DNA of 63,568 nucleotides, filler included, from Sphacelaria rigidula (lineage: Eukaryota), in NCBI GenBank assembly GCA_964200075.2. It is 7 parts of 7 records of this genome, joined end to end, with 100 filler letters (N's around TTAATTAATTAA, not from the genome) between each part and the next. Parts side by side here need not be neighbours in the genome. Positions count along the whole stretch, not along the records: positions 54,575 to 63,568 come from CAXNAA020009571.1; 6 more parts are not named here. One strand, given 5' to 3'. The position numbers were made by a program, and so were the translations under genes. The notes under the pieces are model-generated. The model did no database searches. It was given only the letters and a program-made list of their open reading frames with translations, and was not told the origin of the DNA. This document shows positions 63,071 through 63,568 of this stretch, one piece after another. Position 1 is the first letter of the stretch, and the number at the start of each line of letters is the position of its first letter.

Positions 63071-63568
63071 ATCACACCCTGGACAATACAAAATGTAATA
63101 TATAGGGCAATAGCCTAGAAAAGGTATACCGTCTCGTTGTTTGCATAAGAAAGGTACGAAAAATGTCCAGAAACGCGAAAACAGCCAAACACGCCATTTT
63201 GACCGTTTTCGCTCCTGATGTTTCACGCACATCATTCGGGGGGTTCATTGGCACCCGGGACGCGAACACAAACAGATAAAACACATCTTACTCGAGAGTG
63301 ATGGCCACGCGAAAACGGACATTTCCCCTCCAGAAACCGCTTGCCTTTTGAAGGCCAAATTTCGCCGAGGTATACCTGATCTAGGAATTCTTTTACGATA
63401 GTACCTTATCTCGGTCTTATCTCGACCTTATCTCGATAGGCCGAGAACGTACCTCTGCTAGACCATCGCTCTCTACACTGTACCAGGAAGGACACTTTCT
63501 ACGATAGCCCCCCCCCAAAACCAGCTATAAGTGTCACGAAAAAAATGGTCATACAGCGCCTGATGTTC

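Overview
This window is eukaryotic, intron-rich and repeat-rich DNA, most likely from a brown alga or related ochrophyte. That assignment is an inference from the LHCX/LI818-type antenna gene, the long GT-AG introns and the TTAGGG motifs. It is not one contiguous locus. Seven contigs (8996, 8996, 8996, 8996, 8995, 8995 and 8994 bp) were sorted by length and joined by identical 100-bp N44-TTAATTAATTAA-N44 linkers, so nothing can be inferred across the gaps. Three partial host genes can be spliced directly from the sequence: a Tpa1/OGFOD1 prolyl hydroxylase (7 exons, +), the last two exons of SAR1 (-), and the last three exons of an LHCX-like light-harvesting protein (+). There is also a possible 3' end of an unknown gene. 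The rest is decayed transposable-element material: three Ty1/copia pieces, a Ty3/gypsy-like gag-protease remnant, a solo LTR with a 4-bp TSD, a LINE with an APE endonuclease, tRNA-derived SINEs, several MITE families (two with clean 8-bp TSDs) and three minisatellite arrays. I found no CRISPR array and no convincing new multi-gene system. The best leads are a head-to-head foldback of a tRNA-SINE promoter, a 62-63-bp monomer array upstream of the LINE, a 42-bp array in a copia-like linker, and a TIR element filled with hairpin repeats.
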